From Candidatus Aminicenantes bacterium (lineage in GTDB: Bacteria; Acidobacteriota; Aminicenantia; Aminicenantales; Aminicenantaceae): a stretch of 64,000 nucleotides of DNA. Positions 10,278 through 20,442 of the stretch are shown piece by piece. Made by a program: the position numbers and the translations under genes. Location of the stretch: NCBI GenBank assembly GCA_011049545.1, contig DRHQ01000056.1, positions 2,693 to 66,692 on the forward strand. The letters are read 5' to 3'. The notes beneath the pieces were generated by a model. The model was not told where the DNA came from and ran no database searches. It saw only the letters and a list, made by a program, of their open reading frames with translations. Numbering within the stretch: the first letter of the stretch is position 1; each line of letters begins with the position of its first letter.

Positions 10278-11630
10278 ATGAGATATAAGTCGAGACGATC
10301 AAAGCTATTCATCGTTGCTTTGTTGTTTCTTTTCCCTCTGCTAGGACTGTCCCAGGTCCCGGAACGCGTCCCAAAGCCCGATTTTGAAACAGATTATATC
10401 CGGCCCGATTTTCTCACCCCCACACCTCGAGCCACTGCTTTGGAATACATAGATATAGGAGTCCTCATCGTGGCTCTTTTTCTGGCCACTTATTTCGCTC
10501 ACAAACAAAGATCGCGGCAGAACATCTTCCTGTTGATGGTGTTTTCTCTCGCCTATTTCGGGTTTTACAGAAAGGGATGCATTTGTCCGATCGGTGCCAT
10601 ACAGAACGTAACCTATGCGTTGTTCAACCCGGCCTACGCCATTCCTGTATTCGTCATTGTATTCTTTGTTCTTCCCCTTGTGTTGGCCTTGTTCTACGGT
10701 CGCACTTTCTGTGCCGCCGTATGTCCTCTCGGGGCGATTCAAGATGCCGTGGTCCTCAAGCCCACCAACGTACCAGGAGGGCTGGCTGCCGTCTTGAGTG
10801 TTCTTCCTTACCTTTATTTGGGACTGGCAGTCCTGCTGGCAGCAACCGGTGCAGGATTTATTATCTGTCAGTATGATCCATTCATCGGTTTCTTCCGTTT
10901 TGGCGCGGATTTTAATATGGTAATTTTTGGCCTGTCCATGCTCTTGCTGGGAACGGTTGTCGCCCGTCCATACTGCCGGTTTCTTTGTCCTTACGGCGTG
11001 CTGCTGAACTGGATGTCCCGTCTGTCAAAGAGGCATGTCGGGATTACACCAGATGAATGCAATAATTGCCGGTTGTGTGAAGAATCCTGTCCGTTTGGAG
11101 CGATAAAGAAACCTGACGAAGCGGCACCGCCGGCAAACAGAGAAGCTGAGGTCAAAAAACTTGCATTCATAATCGTTCTGCTTCCTATCGTTGTGTTTGG
11201 CAGCGGCTGGATCGGATCTCGATTAGAAATCCCGCTGTCCCGCCTGCATGCGAACGTCTCTTTGGCCGAAGAGATTCTGCTGGAGAATTCAGGCCAGAGA
11301 ACAGAGCTGACAGATGAAACAAAAGCGTTTAGAGCTTCGGGAAAGCCGACTGAAGAATTATTTGCGGAAGCAAGCGCCATTCAGCGTCAGTTTAAGGTTG
11401 GAGGATGGATTTTAGGGGGATTTATAGGATTGATCCTCTGTCTAAAGCTTATCAACCTTTTTATGCGGAGGAGACAATCGGAATATTACGTAGATAAAGG
11501 AACGTGTCTCAGCTGCGGGCGATGTTTTTCTTACTGCCCGTACGAACAGGTTCGGTTAGGAATCATAACTCCCAAAGAAGCAGAAAAAATGGGATCCAAA
11601 GAAGTGAAAATAAAACAGTTCAGGGCGTAA
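10278..11630 (+). CDS. Polytopic membrane 4Fe-4S protein (NapH/MauN/YccM family)
   Basis: Multiple TMs; GRTFCAAVCPLG, RPYCRFLCPYG, CNNCRLCEESCP, CLSCGRCFSYCP. Confidence 0.85.
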   Translation: MRYKSRRSKLFIVALLFLFPLLGLSQVPERVPKPDFETDYIRPDFLTPTPRATALEYIDIGVLIVALFLATYFAHKQRSRQNIFLLMVFSLAYFGFYRKGCICPIGAIQNVTYALFNPAYAIPVFVIVFFVLPLVLALFYGRTFCAAVCPLGAIQDAVVLKPTNVPGGLAAVLSVLPYLYLGLAVLLAATGAGFIICQYDPFIGFFRFGADFNMVIFGLSMLLLGTVVARPYCRFLCPYGVLLNWMSRLSKRHVGITPDECNNCRLCEESCPFGAIKKPDEAAPPANREAEVKKLAFIIVLLPIVVFGSGWIGSRLEIPLSRLHANVSLAEEILLENSGQRTELTDETKAFRASGKPTEELFAEASAIQRQFKVGGWILGGFIGLILCLKLINLFMRRRQSEYYVDKGTCLSCGRCFSYCPYEQVRLGIITPKEAEKMGSKEVKIKQFRA

Positions 11631-11634
11631 GATA

Positions 11635-13350
11635 ATGGCTAAACAGGCTGAAGATAATAGAAGAAAAAACAGGGCGAAACTGTGGTACAACATAGCCAAG
11701 AGGATTGCCATTGTTGCCGCCGTGCTGGCAGGGATACTCAGTGTCTTGATGATCGTCAATTACTTGCAGACTAAATCTGTCGATCCGATGAACAGCAAGG
11801 CCATCGCTCAGTTAATGACACAACTCCAGGAAAATCCAAGCGATACGGCTTTAAAGGAACAAATCCGGGCGCTTGATCTACTGGCCAGAAAAGCTTATTT
11901 CATTTATCAATGGCAGATAAGGACAGGAAGTTATCTGCTCTTTGCGTTTGTGCTTATTCTTCTGCTGGCTTTGAAATACATGAGTTCTCTGCAGCCCCGG
12001 TTACCCGACTTGAGCAAAAGCCCTGAGCCGGATGAAGCCCGGGAAAACAAGTTCATCTCTCGAAAGTACATCCTCTTTGGTGGACTGGGATTGTTTATCC
12101 TGGCCTTTATTCTCGGTATTATCTCCCAGACTGATTTGAAAAACATAGGTATCGTCAAAACTAAAGGAGGTCAGGGAGCCGCTGTTTTTCCCAGTATCGA
12201 AGAGATAAGGAATAACTGGCCCGGGTTCCGTGGTCCGGAAGGAATCGGAGTGGCCTATCACACAGATGTGCCCCCGGAATGGGATGGCCCTTCGGGTCAG
12301 AACATTCTTTGGAAAACACCAATTCCTCATCCCGGCTATAATTCACCCATCATTTGGGCAAAAAGAATCTTTCTTTCAGGAGCCGATAGAAGAACACAGA
12401 TTGTCTATTGTGTTGATGCCGATTCAGGGGAAATTCTGTGGCAAAAGGAACTCAATGACATTCCCGGATCCCCTGAGCGGCGGCCCAACGTTACAGAGGA
12501 TACAGGTTATGCCGCCCCTACGATGACGACCGACGGGCAGAGGATTTTTGTTCTGTTTGCGACCGGCGATATCGCCTGTCTCGATTTTGAAGGAAATCGG
12601 ATTTGGGCAAAAAACCTGGGAATGCCTGATAATCATTACGGGCATGGGTCGTCGTTGATTACATATCGAGATCTAGTGATTATTCAGTTCGATCAGAACA
12701 CGGGGGGGCGTCTTCTTGCCTTGAAAACCCTCACCGGAGACCTGGCGTACGACCAGCCCCGGGATGTAGAGATTTCGTGGGCTTCGCCTATACTGGTGAA
12801 TACGGGAAGCCGGACAGAGCTCATTCTCAATTCCAACCCGTTCGTGATGTCTCACGATCCACAAACTGGACAGGAGTTATGGCGAGTGAGATGCATGCAA
12901 GGGGAAATCGGCCCTTCTCCAGCTTATGCGGCGGGGATGGTCTACGTGGTTAACGACTATGCCCGTCTGGCCGCTATAAGACTTGGGGAGACTCCGGATG
13001 TAGTCTGGGAATACATCGATGACCTCTCGGAGGTATCCAGTCCTCTGGCTACAAATGATTTGGTCATCATGGCTGCCAGTTACGGGGCGGTGACATGTTT
13101 TGATAAAAAGACCGGAGAGAGATTATGGATTCAGGATTTTAGTGAGGGATTCTATTCGTCTCCGGTCTTAGTCGGTGATTCTGTTTATCTAATGGATGTG
13201 TCAGGCGTCATCTATGTCTTTAAGGCAGAGAGAGAATTCAGACTTATAAGCCAGCACGAATTAGGTGAAAGGGCAGTAACCATCCCCGCTTTCATGCACA
13301 ACCGGATCTACATCCGTGGAGAGAAGAATTTGTTTTGCATCGGAGATTAA
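11635..13350 (+). CDS. Membrane protein with C-terminal PQQ-like beta-propeller
   Basis: Three N-terminal TM helices, then WPGFRG, GYNSPII, YAAPTMTTDG. Confidence 0.8.
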   Translation: MAKQAEDNRRKNRAKLWYNIAKRIAIVAAVLAGILSVLMIVNYLQTKSVDPMNSKAIAQLMTQLQENPSDTALKEQIRALDLLARKAYFIYQWQIRTGSYLLFAFVLILLLALKYMSSLQPRLPDLSKSPEPDEARENKFISRKYILFGGLGLFILAFILGIISQTDLKNIGIVKTKGGQGAAVFPSIEEIRNNWPGFRGPEGIGVAYHTDVPPEWDGPSGQNILWKTPIPHPGYNSPIIWAKRIFLSGADRRTQIVYCVDADSGEILWQKELNDIPGSPERRPNVTEDTGYAAPTMTTDGQRIFVLFATGDIACLDFEGNRIWAKNLGMPDNHYGHGSSLITYRDLVIIQFDQNTGGRLLALKTLTGDLAYDQPRDVEISWASPILVNTGSRTELILNSNPFVMSHDPQTGQELWRVRCMQGEIGPSPAYAAGMVYVVNDYARLAAIRLGETPDVVWEYIDDLSEVSSPLATNDLVIMAASYGAVTCFDKKTGERLWIQDFSEGFYSSPVLVGDSVYLMDVSGVIYVFKAEREFRLISQHELGERAVTIPAFMHNRIYIRGEKNLFCIGD

Positions 13351-13357
13351 AACGGCT

Positions 13358-15712
13358 ATGAAACCGGAGACAGAAAGCATCAACTCTTTTATCGATCGGA
13401 TTGTCGATGAAATCGGCACTAAAGCCGGCGACGTTATCCCCATTCTGCATGCTATTCAAAGGGAATATAACTATCTTCCAGAATCGGCCCTGCGGAGGGT
13501 CTGCGATATCACGGATATATCGCCCGCTGCCATTACAGGCGTATCGACCTTCTACTCCCAATTCCGGCACACTCCGATGGGGCAGCACATCATCCGCGTC
13601 TGTGTCGGTACGGCCTGTCATGTCAAGGGCTCCGAATTGGTGCATGATGCCTTCTGCCGCGAACTGCATATCGGGGAAGGCCAGGATACTGATCCGGAAG
13701 GTCTATTCACTGTTCAAAAGATTGCTTGCCTTGGCTGCTGTACTATTGCTCCGGTTGTTCAGATCGATGATGTGACTTACGGGCATGTGAAAATAGAAGG
13801 TGTTGCCAATATTCTCCAGGATTTTTCCCATCACGAGAGCCGGAAAATAGTTGAATCCCGGGATCGCAAAATAAAAACTGAGGATGCCGGAGAGATCAAG
13901 ATCGGGCTGGGTTCCTGCTGTGTAGCCAGCGGGAGCAGCCGGGTGCAGCAGGCTCTGGAAATGTGCCTGGAGGAAACCGGCGTCCGTACTCAGGTGAAAA
14001 GGGTTGGGTGTGTGGGGATGTGTCACCGGACACCGCTCTTAGAAGTGAGTGTGCCGGACAAAGACCCGGTTCTTTATGACAGCGTCCAGCCCGAAGATGT
14101 GAGAAGCATTATCCTCAAACACTACAGACCTAAGGCTTTCGGCCAGCGGATCAAAAACGCGGCCTTCAGTCTTATTGAAAAAATCATCGATGATCCGCAT
14201 TCTGGCATGTTCACGCGTCATCCTCTTCATATGCGTGATCCGAGTATCCAGGCTTTTATGGGTAGACAGAAACATATTGCTACTGAGCATTCTGGTCAAA
14301 TCGATCCCATCGACCTTCAAGAATATTGTTCCAAAGGTGGTTTTGAAGCCTTAGAACGCAGTCTTTCGGAGTTCTCTCCTGATGATGTCATCGATCAAGT
14401 CAAATCCAGCGGGCTGAGGGGGAGAGGAGGAGCAGGGTTTCCCACCGGACAGAAATGGCAAATAACGCAGCAAGCAAAAGATAATACGAAATTTATCATT
14501 ATGAATGGCGATGAAGGAGATCCCGGGGCTTTTATGGACCGGATGATTCTGGAATCCTATCCGTTCCGGGTCATCGAAGGTATGATCATCGCTGCCTATG
14601 CCGTTGGCGCTCATGATGGATATTTTTACATTCGCGCTGAATATCCGTTAGCTGTCCAGCGGATCAAGGCGGCCCTCGAGCAGTGCCGGGAGGAAGGATT
14701 TTTAGGAGATGATATTTTAGGAAGTGGATTTTCGTTGCAGTTAAACATTTTGGAAGGAGCCGGCGCGTTTGTTTGTGGAGAGGAAACAGCGCTTATCGCT
14801 TCAATCGAGGGAAGGCGCGGCAATCCGAGCTTCCGTCCCCCTTATCCTGCTCAAAAGGGGCTGTGGGATCATCCGACGTTGGTGAGCAATTGTGAGACAT
14901 TTGCCATAGTGCCCTGGATCATCCGCAACGGGGCTGATGCATTTGCTGAGTTAGGGACGAAAGAGAGTAAGGGGACTAAAGTCTTTTCCCTGGCCGGGAA
15001 AGTTGCCCGCGGAGGACTTATTGAAGTCCCGATGGGAATCACGATTCAAGAGATTGTCAAAGACATCGGCGGCGGCATCGAAAATGGGAGACAATTCAAA
15101 GCCGTTCAGATTGGCGGGCCGTCGGGCGGCTGCATACCGGCCGAACTGGCGCATACCAGAGTCGATTACGAAGACCTCACCAAGGTAGGAGCAATGATGG
15201 GCTCCGGCGGTTTACTGGTGATGGATGATTCAGACTGCATGGTGGATATCTCCCGGTATTTTCTATCTTTTACACAAAACCAGTCCTGCGGGAAATGTAC
15301 GTTTTGCCGCATAGGTACACGCCACATGCTCCGTATTCTCGAGGACCTGTGTGCCGGTAAAGGGAAAGAGGAAGATCTTGTAAAGCTGGAGGAGATCGCC
15401 CATAAAACAAAACAGGGCAGTCTTTGCGGACTGGGGAAAACAGCCCCGAATCCTGTATTGACGACCCTGACTTATTTTAGAAAAGAGTATGAAGCTCATT
15501 TGAGAGGAACATGTCCGGCAAAGAGGTGTAAAGCTCTCATCACCTACACGATCGATGATACGTGTATCGGCTGTACAGTCTGCGCCCAGAAATGTCCGGT
15601 AGGCGCGATTGCAGTCACGCCTTATCAAAGACACATGATCGAGCAAACAGAATGCACGAAATGCGGGACCTGTAAACAGGTGTGTCCGACGGAGTCGGTG
15701 AACATCACATGA
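13358..15712 (+). CDS. Fused NuoE/HydC - NuoF/HydB NADH-binding Fe-S flavoprotein
   Basis: CVGTAC...CLGCC (2Fe-2S), second thioredoxin-like Fe-S domain, GLRGRGGAGFPTG, GDEGDPGAFMDR, GAGAFVCGEETAL, GGPSGG, SCGKCTFCR, C-terminal 2x[4Fe-4S]. Confidence 0.9.
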   Translation: MKPETESINSFIDRIVDEIGTKAGDVIPILHAIQREYNYLPESALRRVCDITDISPAAITGVSTFYSQFRHTPMGQHIIRVCVGTACHVKGSELVHDAFCRELHIGEGQDTDPEGLFTVQKIACLGCCTIAPVVQIDDVTYGHVKIEGVANILQDFSHHESRKIVESRDRKIKTEDAGEIKIGLGSCCVASGSSRVQQALEMCLEETGVRTQVKRVGCVGMCHRTPLLEVSVPDKDPVLYDSVQPEDVRSIILKHYRPKAFGQRIKNAAFSLIEKIIDDPHSGMFTRHPLHMRDPSIQAFMGRQKHIATEHSGQIDPIDLQEYCSKGGFEALERSLSEFSPDDVIDQVKSSGLRGRGGAGFPTGQKWQITQQAKDNTKFIIMNGDEGDPGAFMDRMILESYPFRVIEGMIIAAYAVGAHDGYFYIRAEYPLAVQRIKAALEQCREEGFLGDDILGSGFSLQLNILEGAGAFVCGEETALIASIEGRRGNPSFRPPYPAQKGLWDHPTLVSNCETFAIVPWIIRNGADAFAELGTKESKGTKVFSLAGKVARGGLIEVPMGITIQEIVKDIGGGIENGRQFKAVQIGGPSGGCIPAELAHTRVDYEDLTKVGAMMGSGGLLVMDDSDCMVDISRYFLSFTQNQSCGKCTFCRIGTRHMLRILEDLCAGKGKEEDLVKLEEIAHKTKQGSLCGLGKTAPNPVLTTLTYFRKEYEAHLRGTCPAKRCKALITYTIDDTCIGCTVCAQKCPVGAIAVTPYQRHMIEQTECTKCGTCKQVCPTESVNIT

Positions 15713-17310
15713 AGACCATCAAAATAACCATAGACAACCAGGACATTTCCGTTCCTGCAGACAGCTTAATCCTGGATGCAGCCAGGGAATTGAATATTAA
15801 CATTCCCACACTGTGTTATCTAAATGGATATGAGTGGTTCACGTCCTGTATGATCTGTGTCGTTCATGAGGTGGGAACAGCCCGCCTGCTCCCCTCATGT
15901 TCGGCCACGGTTGCCGAGGGGATGCGGATCGAGACCGAGAATGAAAAGGTCCTGGAGGCTCGGAAAGATGCACTGGATTTTTTATTGAGCGAGCATGTCG
16001 GAGATTGTGATGCACCGTGCCGCCGTGCCTGTCCAGCCCATATGAACATTCCTCTGATGATCAGGCAGATTAAAGATGAACAGCTCGAGGATGCGATCAG
16101 AACAGTGAAGAAAGATATCGCCTTGCCTGCGGTTTTGGGACGAATCTGTTCGGCGCCCTGTGAAAACGGGTGTCATCGAAAATCCTATGACAGCGCTGTT
16201 TCAATCTGTTCTTTGAAAAGATATGTGGCGGATGTTGATCTGGCTCAAGAGCCTCCTTTCTGCCCCGCCTCAAAAGCAAATTCAGGAAAAAAAGTCGCCA
16301 TCATCGGGGCGGGACCGGCAGGCCTATCTGCGGCCTATTATCTTCTTCAAGACGGCCATGCCTGTCATGTGTATGACAGTAACCCTCAACCAGGGGGCAT
16401 GCTTCGTTATGGTGTTCCCGATGAGGACCTGCCCCAAGCCGTCCTTGATCTGGAGATAGAACGGATTGCAGAGCTAGGAGCCGAATTTTTAATGGAGCGC
16501 GCTCTTGGCACCCAGTTGAGATGGGATGATATGAGAAAGACATACGATGTGGTCATCATAGCCGCTGGCAAAATAGACCCCCGGGTGTTTGAGACTTCAG
16601 GGCTTGAGCTTTCCCCCCGGGGCATAAGTATCAACACCAAGACTTTTGAAACGAGTGTTCCAGGTGTTTTCGCTGGCGGGAATGCCGTTTCAGAATCTCG
16701 TATGGCCATCCGGGCAGTTGCTCATGGCAAGAATCTGGCCTATTCTGTGAATCAGTTTTTAGAAACCGAAGCTGTTACCGGCCCGCCGCGGCGATTCCAT
16801 TCCAGGCTGGGAAAAATTGGTGAAGAAGAAGTAAGCGAATTCATGAAAGAGGCGGAAGGGGACGAAAGGATAATTCCGAAAGGCGGTTTAAAGGATGGTT
16901 ATAAGGATGAGGAGGCTGTCAGGGAGTCGCGACGTTGCTTTGGCTGTGACTGTCGAAAGCCGGATTCCTGCAAATTGCGGCAGTATTCAGAAGTGTATCA
17001 GGCCAATCAGCGCCGCTTCACTTTCGTAGAGAGGAAGAGATTTCAAAAAAACATCCAGCATGACCACGTCATTTATGAACCTGGAAAGTGCATCAAATGC
17101 GGATTGTGCATACAGATCACAAAAAAGGCTGGTGAAAAACTCGGTTTAACTTTTATCGACCGTGGATTCGATGTTCGCGTCGAGACTCCGTTCGGAGAGC
17201 CACTCAGCCAGGGGCTGAAAAAGGTGGCCGGAGACTGCATCTCGGCCTGTCCCACAGCAGCGCTTTCCTGGAGGGACCGGAATAGGGAAAAAGCATCTCC
17301 AATTGAGTGA
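15709..17310 (+). CDS. 2Fe-2S / GltD(NfnB)-like FAD / 2x4Fe-4S oxidoreductase subunit
   Basis: HydA/NuoG-type N-terminus (IPTLC..SCMIC..C), APCRRACP..GRICSAPCE, GAGPAGL, TSVPGVFAGG, CIKCGLC..CISACPT; ATGA overlap with upstream stop. Confidence 0.85.
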   Translation: MKTIKITIDNQDISVPADSLILDAARELNINIPTLCYLNGYEWFTSCMICVVHEVGTARLLPSCSATVAEGMRIETENEKVLEARKDALDFLLSEHVGDCDAPCRRACPAHMNIPLMIRQIKDEQLEDAIRTVKKDIALPAVLGRICSAPCENGCHRKSYDSAVSICSLKRYVADVDLAQEPPFCPASKANSGKKVAIIGAGPAGLSAAYYLLQDGHACHVYDSNPQPGGMLRYGVPDEDLPQAVLDLEIERIAELGAEFLMERALGTQLRWDDMRKTYDVVIIAAGKIDPRVFETSGLELSPRGISINTKTFETSVPGVFAGGNAVSESRMAIRAVAHGKNLAYSVNQFLETEAVTGPPRRFHSRLGKIGEEEVSEFMKEAEGDERIIPKGGLKDGYKDEEAVRESRRCFGCDCRKPDSCKLRQYSEVYQANQRRFTFVERKRFQKNIQHDHVIYEPGKCIKCGLCIQITKKAGEKLGLTFIDRGFDVRVETPFGEPLSQGLKKVAGDCISACPTAALSWRDRNREKASPIE

Positions 17311-17316
17311 TGAGAA

Positions 17317-18477
17317 ATGAGGAAATATAGATATATCGTATTCCTGTTTTTATTCTCAGTTCTATTGATAGCTTGTTCGAAAAAAGAGGTTGCCAAGAGG
17401 ATTATAGATGTTGAGAAGGTGAGTTGGCCTATTTTTCGAGGAGATTCCAGGTTATCCGGAGTGGCGGCCGATGAATTGCCTGAAGAGTTGACTTTATTGT
17501 GGTCTTTCAAGACTGAGTCATGGATAATCTCGTCCCCGGTTATGGGTTTCGGCCGAGTCTATATCGGTTCGAGCGATGGAAAAGTGTATTCGATAAACCT
17601 GATAGATGGGAGTAAAGTCTGGGAGTTCGATACCGGAGACGACATCGAAGCCTCACCTTTACTCCTGGATGGAGCCATTTACGTTGGAAATCTGAGCGGA
17701 GAGTTCTTTTCCCTGGACGCGCATACAGGACAGGTTCGATGGAAATATAAGTGCCAAAACTCCATCTACGGCTCAGCCAACTGGGTGAGAGACCCGGATA
17801 ATAAAAAACTTTTGATACTGGTAGGAAGCTATGACAACAGGTTATACTGTCTTGAGGCGGCAACAGGAAAATTGAATTGGTCGTACGAAACCGATAACTA
17901 TATCAACGGAACTCCCGCCACAGACGGTGTTCACGTTGTCTTTGGCGGCTGTGATGAATTGCTCCACATTTTATCTATCTCTGATGGAACCAAGGCAGGA
18001 GAAGTCTGGGCTGGCTCTTACATTCCCGCTTCTGCTGCCTTTGTGGAAAACAGAGCTTATCTTGGACATTATGATAATAAACTGGTTTGTATTGACACTG
18101 ATGAGAAAAAAATTGTCTGGGAGTACGAAGATAAAGACCATCCGGATGCATTTTTTTCTTCTCCTGCCGTAGGAAAAGACCGTGTTCTCATCGGGTCACG
18201 TGATGGATATCTGCATTGTGTAAACCGGAAAAACGGCGAAAAAATTTGGGCCTGGCAAAGTCGCGACGACATAGACAGTTCACCCGTTATCTCTGGAAAT
18301 AAAGTTGTAGTCGCGTCGATGGATGGAAGACTCTATGTTGTTGATCTAAAGGATGGAAAGGAAATCTGGTCTTATGAGATCGGTGCGGCCATCTTCGGCT
18401 GCCCTGCTGTGGCAGGAGGATTCATCGTTATCGGTGCCGACGATGGACGGATCTATGCCTTCGGAGAAAAGTTATGA
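17317..18477 (+). CDS. PQQ-like (BamB-fold) beta-propeller lipoprotein
   Basis: Lipobox LIAC; WPIFRG; regular SSP...GSxDG.xY...G...W repeats. Confidence 0.8.
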   Translation: MRKYRYIVFLFLFSVLLIACSKKEVAKRIIDVEKVSWPIFRGDSRLSGVAADELPEELTLLWSFKTESWIISSPVMGFGRVYIGSSDGKVYSINLIDGSKVWEFDTGDDIEASPLLLDGAIYVGNLSGEFFSLDAHTGQVRWKYKCQNSIYGSANWVRDPDNKKLLILVGSYDNRLYCLEAATGKLNWSYETDNYINGTPATDGVHVVFGGCDELLHILSISDGTKAGEVWAGSYIPASAAFVENRAYLGHYDNKLVCIDTDEKKIVWEYEDKDHPDAFFSSPAVGKDRVLIGSRDGYLHCVNRKNGEKIWAWQSRDDIDSSPVISGNKVVVASMDGRLYVVDLKDGKEIWSYEIGAAIFGCPAVAGGFIVIGADDGRIYAFGEKL

Positions 18478-19760
18478 AAGTTGCGTATGTAACCCCTGGA
18501 TCCGGCCAGAGATTCTACTGTCAGAACTGTTTCCGAGATACCGCATTACTCCAGTCGCTGGCTTCCCTCGGGCATGATGTGGTCAAGGTTCCCATGTATC
18601 TCCCTTCAGATCTGGAAGGGAATGCAAATATAACTGAAACGCCGGTATTTTATGGCGCTATCAATGTCTTTCTCAAAGAAAAATTGCCCTTTTATAGGCA
18701 TGCTCCTGAATGGATAGAACGTATGTTCGATTCTTCTGTTTTACTGCATCTGGCAGCAAAAAAATCCGGCTCAACGCGCGCCACCGGACTCGAAGAAATG
18801 ACACTATCCATGCTGCACGGGGAAAGGGGAAGGCAGGCGTCAGAGCTGGACCATCTTATCCGATACCTCAGGACTGAGATAGCTCCGGATGTCGTTCATC
18901 TCTCGAATTCCCTGTTACTCGGACTGGCCCACAGACTCAAAAATGATCTGGGGACAGGTGTAGTGTGTTCACTCCAGGATGAGAATGAATGGGTTGATTT
19001 GATGGACGAACATTACCAGAGTCAGGTCTGGAACTTAATGGCCGAAAAAGCCGTTGATGTCGACCTCTTTGTGACAGCCAGTCAGTTTTATTCCAAACAA
19101 TCTCAAAATCAGCTGAAAATGCCTGCAGACAGGATAAGGGTGATATATGGCGGGATTGATTTTAAGGGGTACCAAAGATCAACTCTTCCCTTTGACCCTC
19201 CGGTCATCGGATACTTGTGCAGGATGTCTGAATACTTCGGACTGGGGATACTCGTTGACGCTTTTATCGAGTTAAAAAAAGAGAGCCGGTTTAAGGATTT
19301 AAGATTGCACCTGACCGGCGGTTACTCGAGCGATGATAAACCTTTTGTGAACAGACAGTTGAAAAAAATATCTGAACACGGTTTCGCTGAAGATGTAAGA
19401 GTATTCAAGGACTTCTGCAAGGACAGCCGGATAAAATTTCTCAAATCCCTGACGATGCTCTCTGTGCCTGTCCCTACCGGAGAGGCATTTGGCGCCTATC
19501 AAGTCGAAGCCTTGGCAGCCGGAGTTCCTATCGTTCAGCCGAATGTGGGCTGCTATCCAGAATTTATCGAGATGACTAAAGGCGGCGTCATCTATGAACC
19601 GAATACAAGCGAAAAACTGGCGACGGCCATAGCTTCCCTTCTTTCCGATCAGGAAAAAGTGAGAAAGCTGGGCGAACAGGGAAGAAGAGTCGTGCTGGAG
19701 CAATTTTCCATGGACCAGATGGCAAAAAATATTGAGGAGATTTATAACGATGTTGCTTGA
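18474..19760 (+). CDS. Glycosyltransferase family 4 with N-terminal FYCQNC motif
   Basis: EAFGAYQVEALAAGVP (E-x7-E GT4 signature), PDVVHLSN. Confidence 0.85.
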   Translation: MKVAYVTPGSGQRFYCQNCFRDTALLQSLASLGHDVVKVPMYLPSDLEGNANITETPVFYGAINVFLKEKLPFYRHAPEWIERMFDSSVLLHLAAKKSGSTRATGLEEMTLSMLHGERGRQASELDHLIRYLRTEIAPDVVHLSNSLLLGLAHRLKNDLGTGVVCSLQDENEWVDLMDEHYQSQVWNLMAEKAVDVDLFVTASQFYSKQSQNQLKMPADRIRVIYGGIDFKGYQRSTLPFDPPVIGYLCRMSEYFGLGILVDAFIELKKESRFKDLRLHLTGGYSSDDKPFVNRQLKKISEHGFAEDVRVFKDFCKDSRIKFLKSLTMLSVPVPTGEAFGAYQVEALAAGVPIVQPNVGCYPEFIEMTKGGVIYEPNTSEKLATAIASLLSDQEKVRKLGEQGRRVVLEQFSMDQMAKNIEEIYNDVA

Positions 19761-20442
19761 ACTCAAAAATATTTCCAAAAAATATGAAATTCCGTCCGGC
19801 GAGGGTCATACAACTGTCCTTAGGGACATCTCCCTTCAGATCATCCAGGGCGAATCGGTGGCTATTGTCGGGCCATCGGGATCCGGGAAAAGCACTCTTT
19901 TGAATATCATCGGTGCACTTGATAAGCCCACCTCGGGAGTGGTGATATTTGCGGGGAAAAATCTGGCTGACCTGGATGATGCGGAACTATCTCAAATCAG
20001 AAACCAGGAGATCGGTTTTGTTTTTCAACTCCATCATCTGCTTCCCCAGTGTACGGTTTTCGAAAATGTTTTGATTCCGACGATTCCTCCTGGATTGGAA
20101 AAAGAAGATGAGGACGTTCAGGAAAGAGCCACAGATTTACTGGGAAGAGTTGGCCTTGAAAAACACAAAGATTATTTTCCGGCGCAACTGTCCGGAGGTG
20201 AGATGCAGCGTGTGGCTGTCATCAGAGCCCTCATAAACAGGCCAAAGCTGATCCTGGCGGACGAACCAACAGGTTCTCTGGACAGGGAATCCTCCGAGAA
20301 TCTTGGTCAACTTCTGGTCAAAGTGAATAAGGAAGAGGGGACAACCTTAATAACTGTCACTCATTCGATCGAGATTGCGCGGCTGATGGACAAGGTGTAC
20401 AGACTCCAGGACGGGATACTAGAGAATGATCTAATCGAATGA
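19750..20442 (+). CDS. ABC transporter ATP-binding protein (LolD/MacB-type)
   Basis: [35 protein letters not shown]. Confidence 0.9.
   Translation: MLLELKNISKKYEIPSGEGHTTVLRDISLQIIQGESVAIVGPSGSGKSTLLNIIGALDKPTSGVVIFAGKNLADLDDAELSQIRNQEIGFVFQLHHLLPQCTVFENVLIPTIPPGLEKEDEDVQERATDLLGRVGLEKHKDYFPAQLSGGEMQRVAVIRALINRPKLILADEPTGSLDRESSENLGQLLVKVNKEEGTTLITVTHSIEIARLMDKVYRLQDGILENDLIE

Noticed and set aside
13358-17310. Respiratory complex I (nuoEFG) or [FeFe]-hydrogenase
   Set aside because: No other nuo genes, no H-cluster motifs, and the partner subunit is GltD-like
17317-18477. bamB or PQQ alcohol dehydrogenase gene symbol
   Set aside because: Only fold-level repeats are recognisable; no Bam context and no identifiable quinoprotein catalytic motifs
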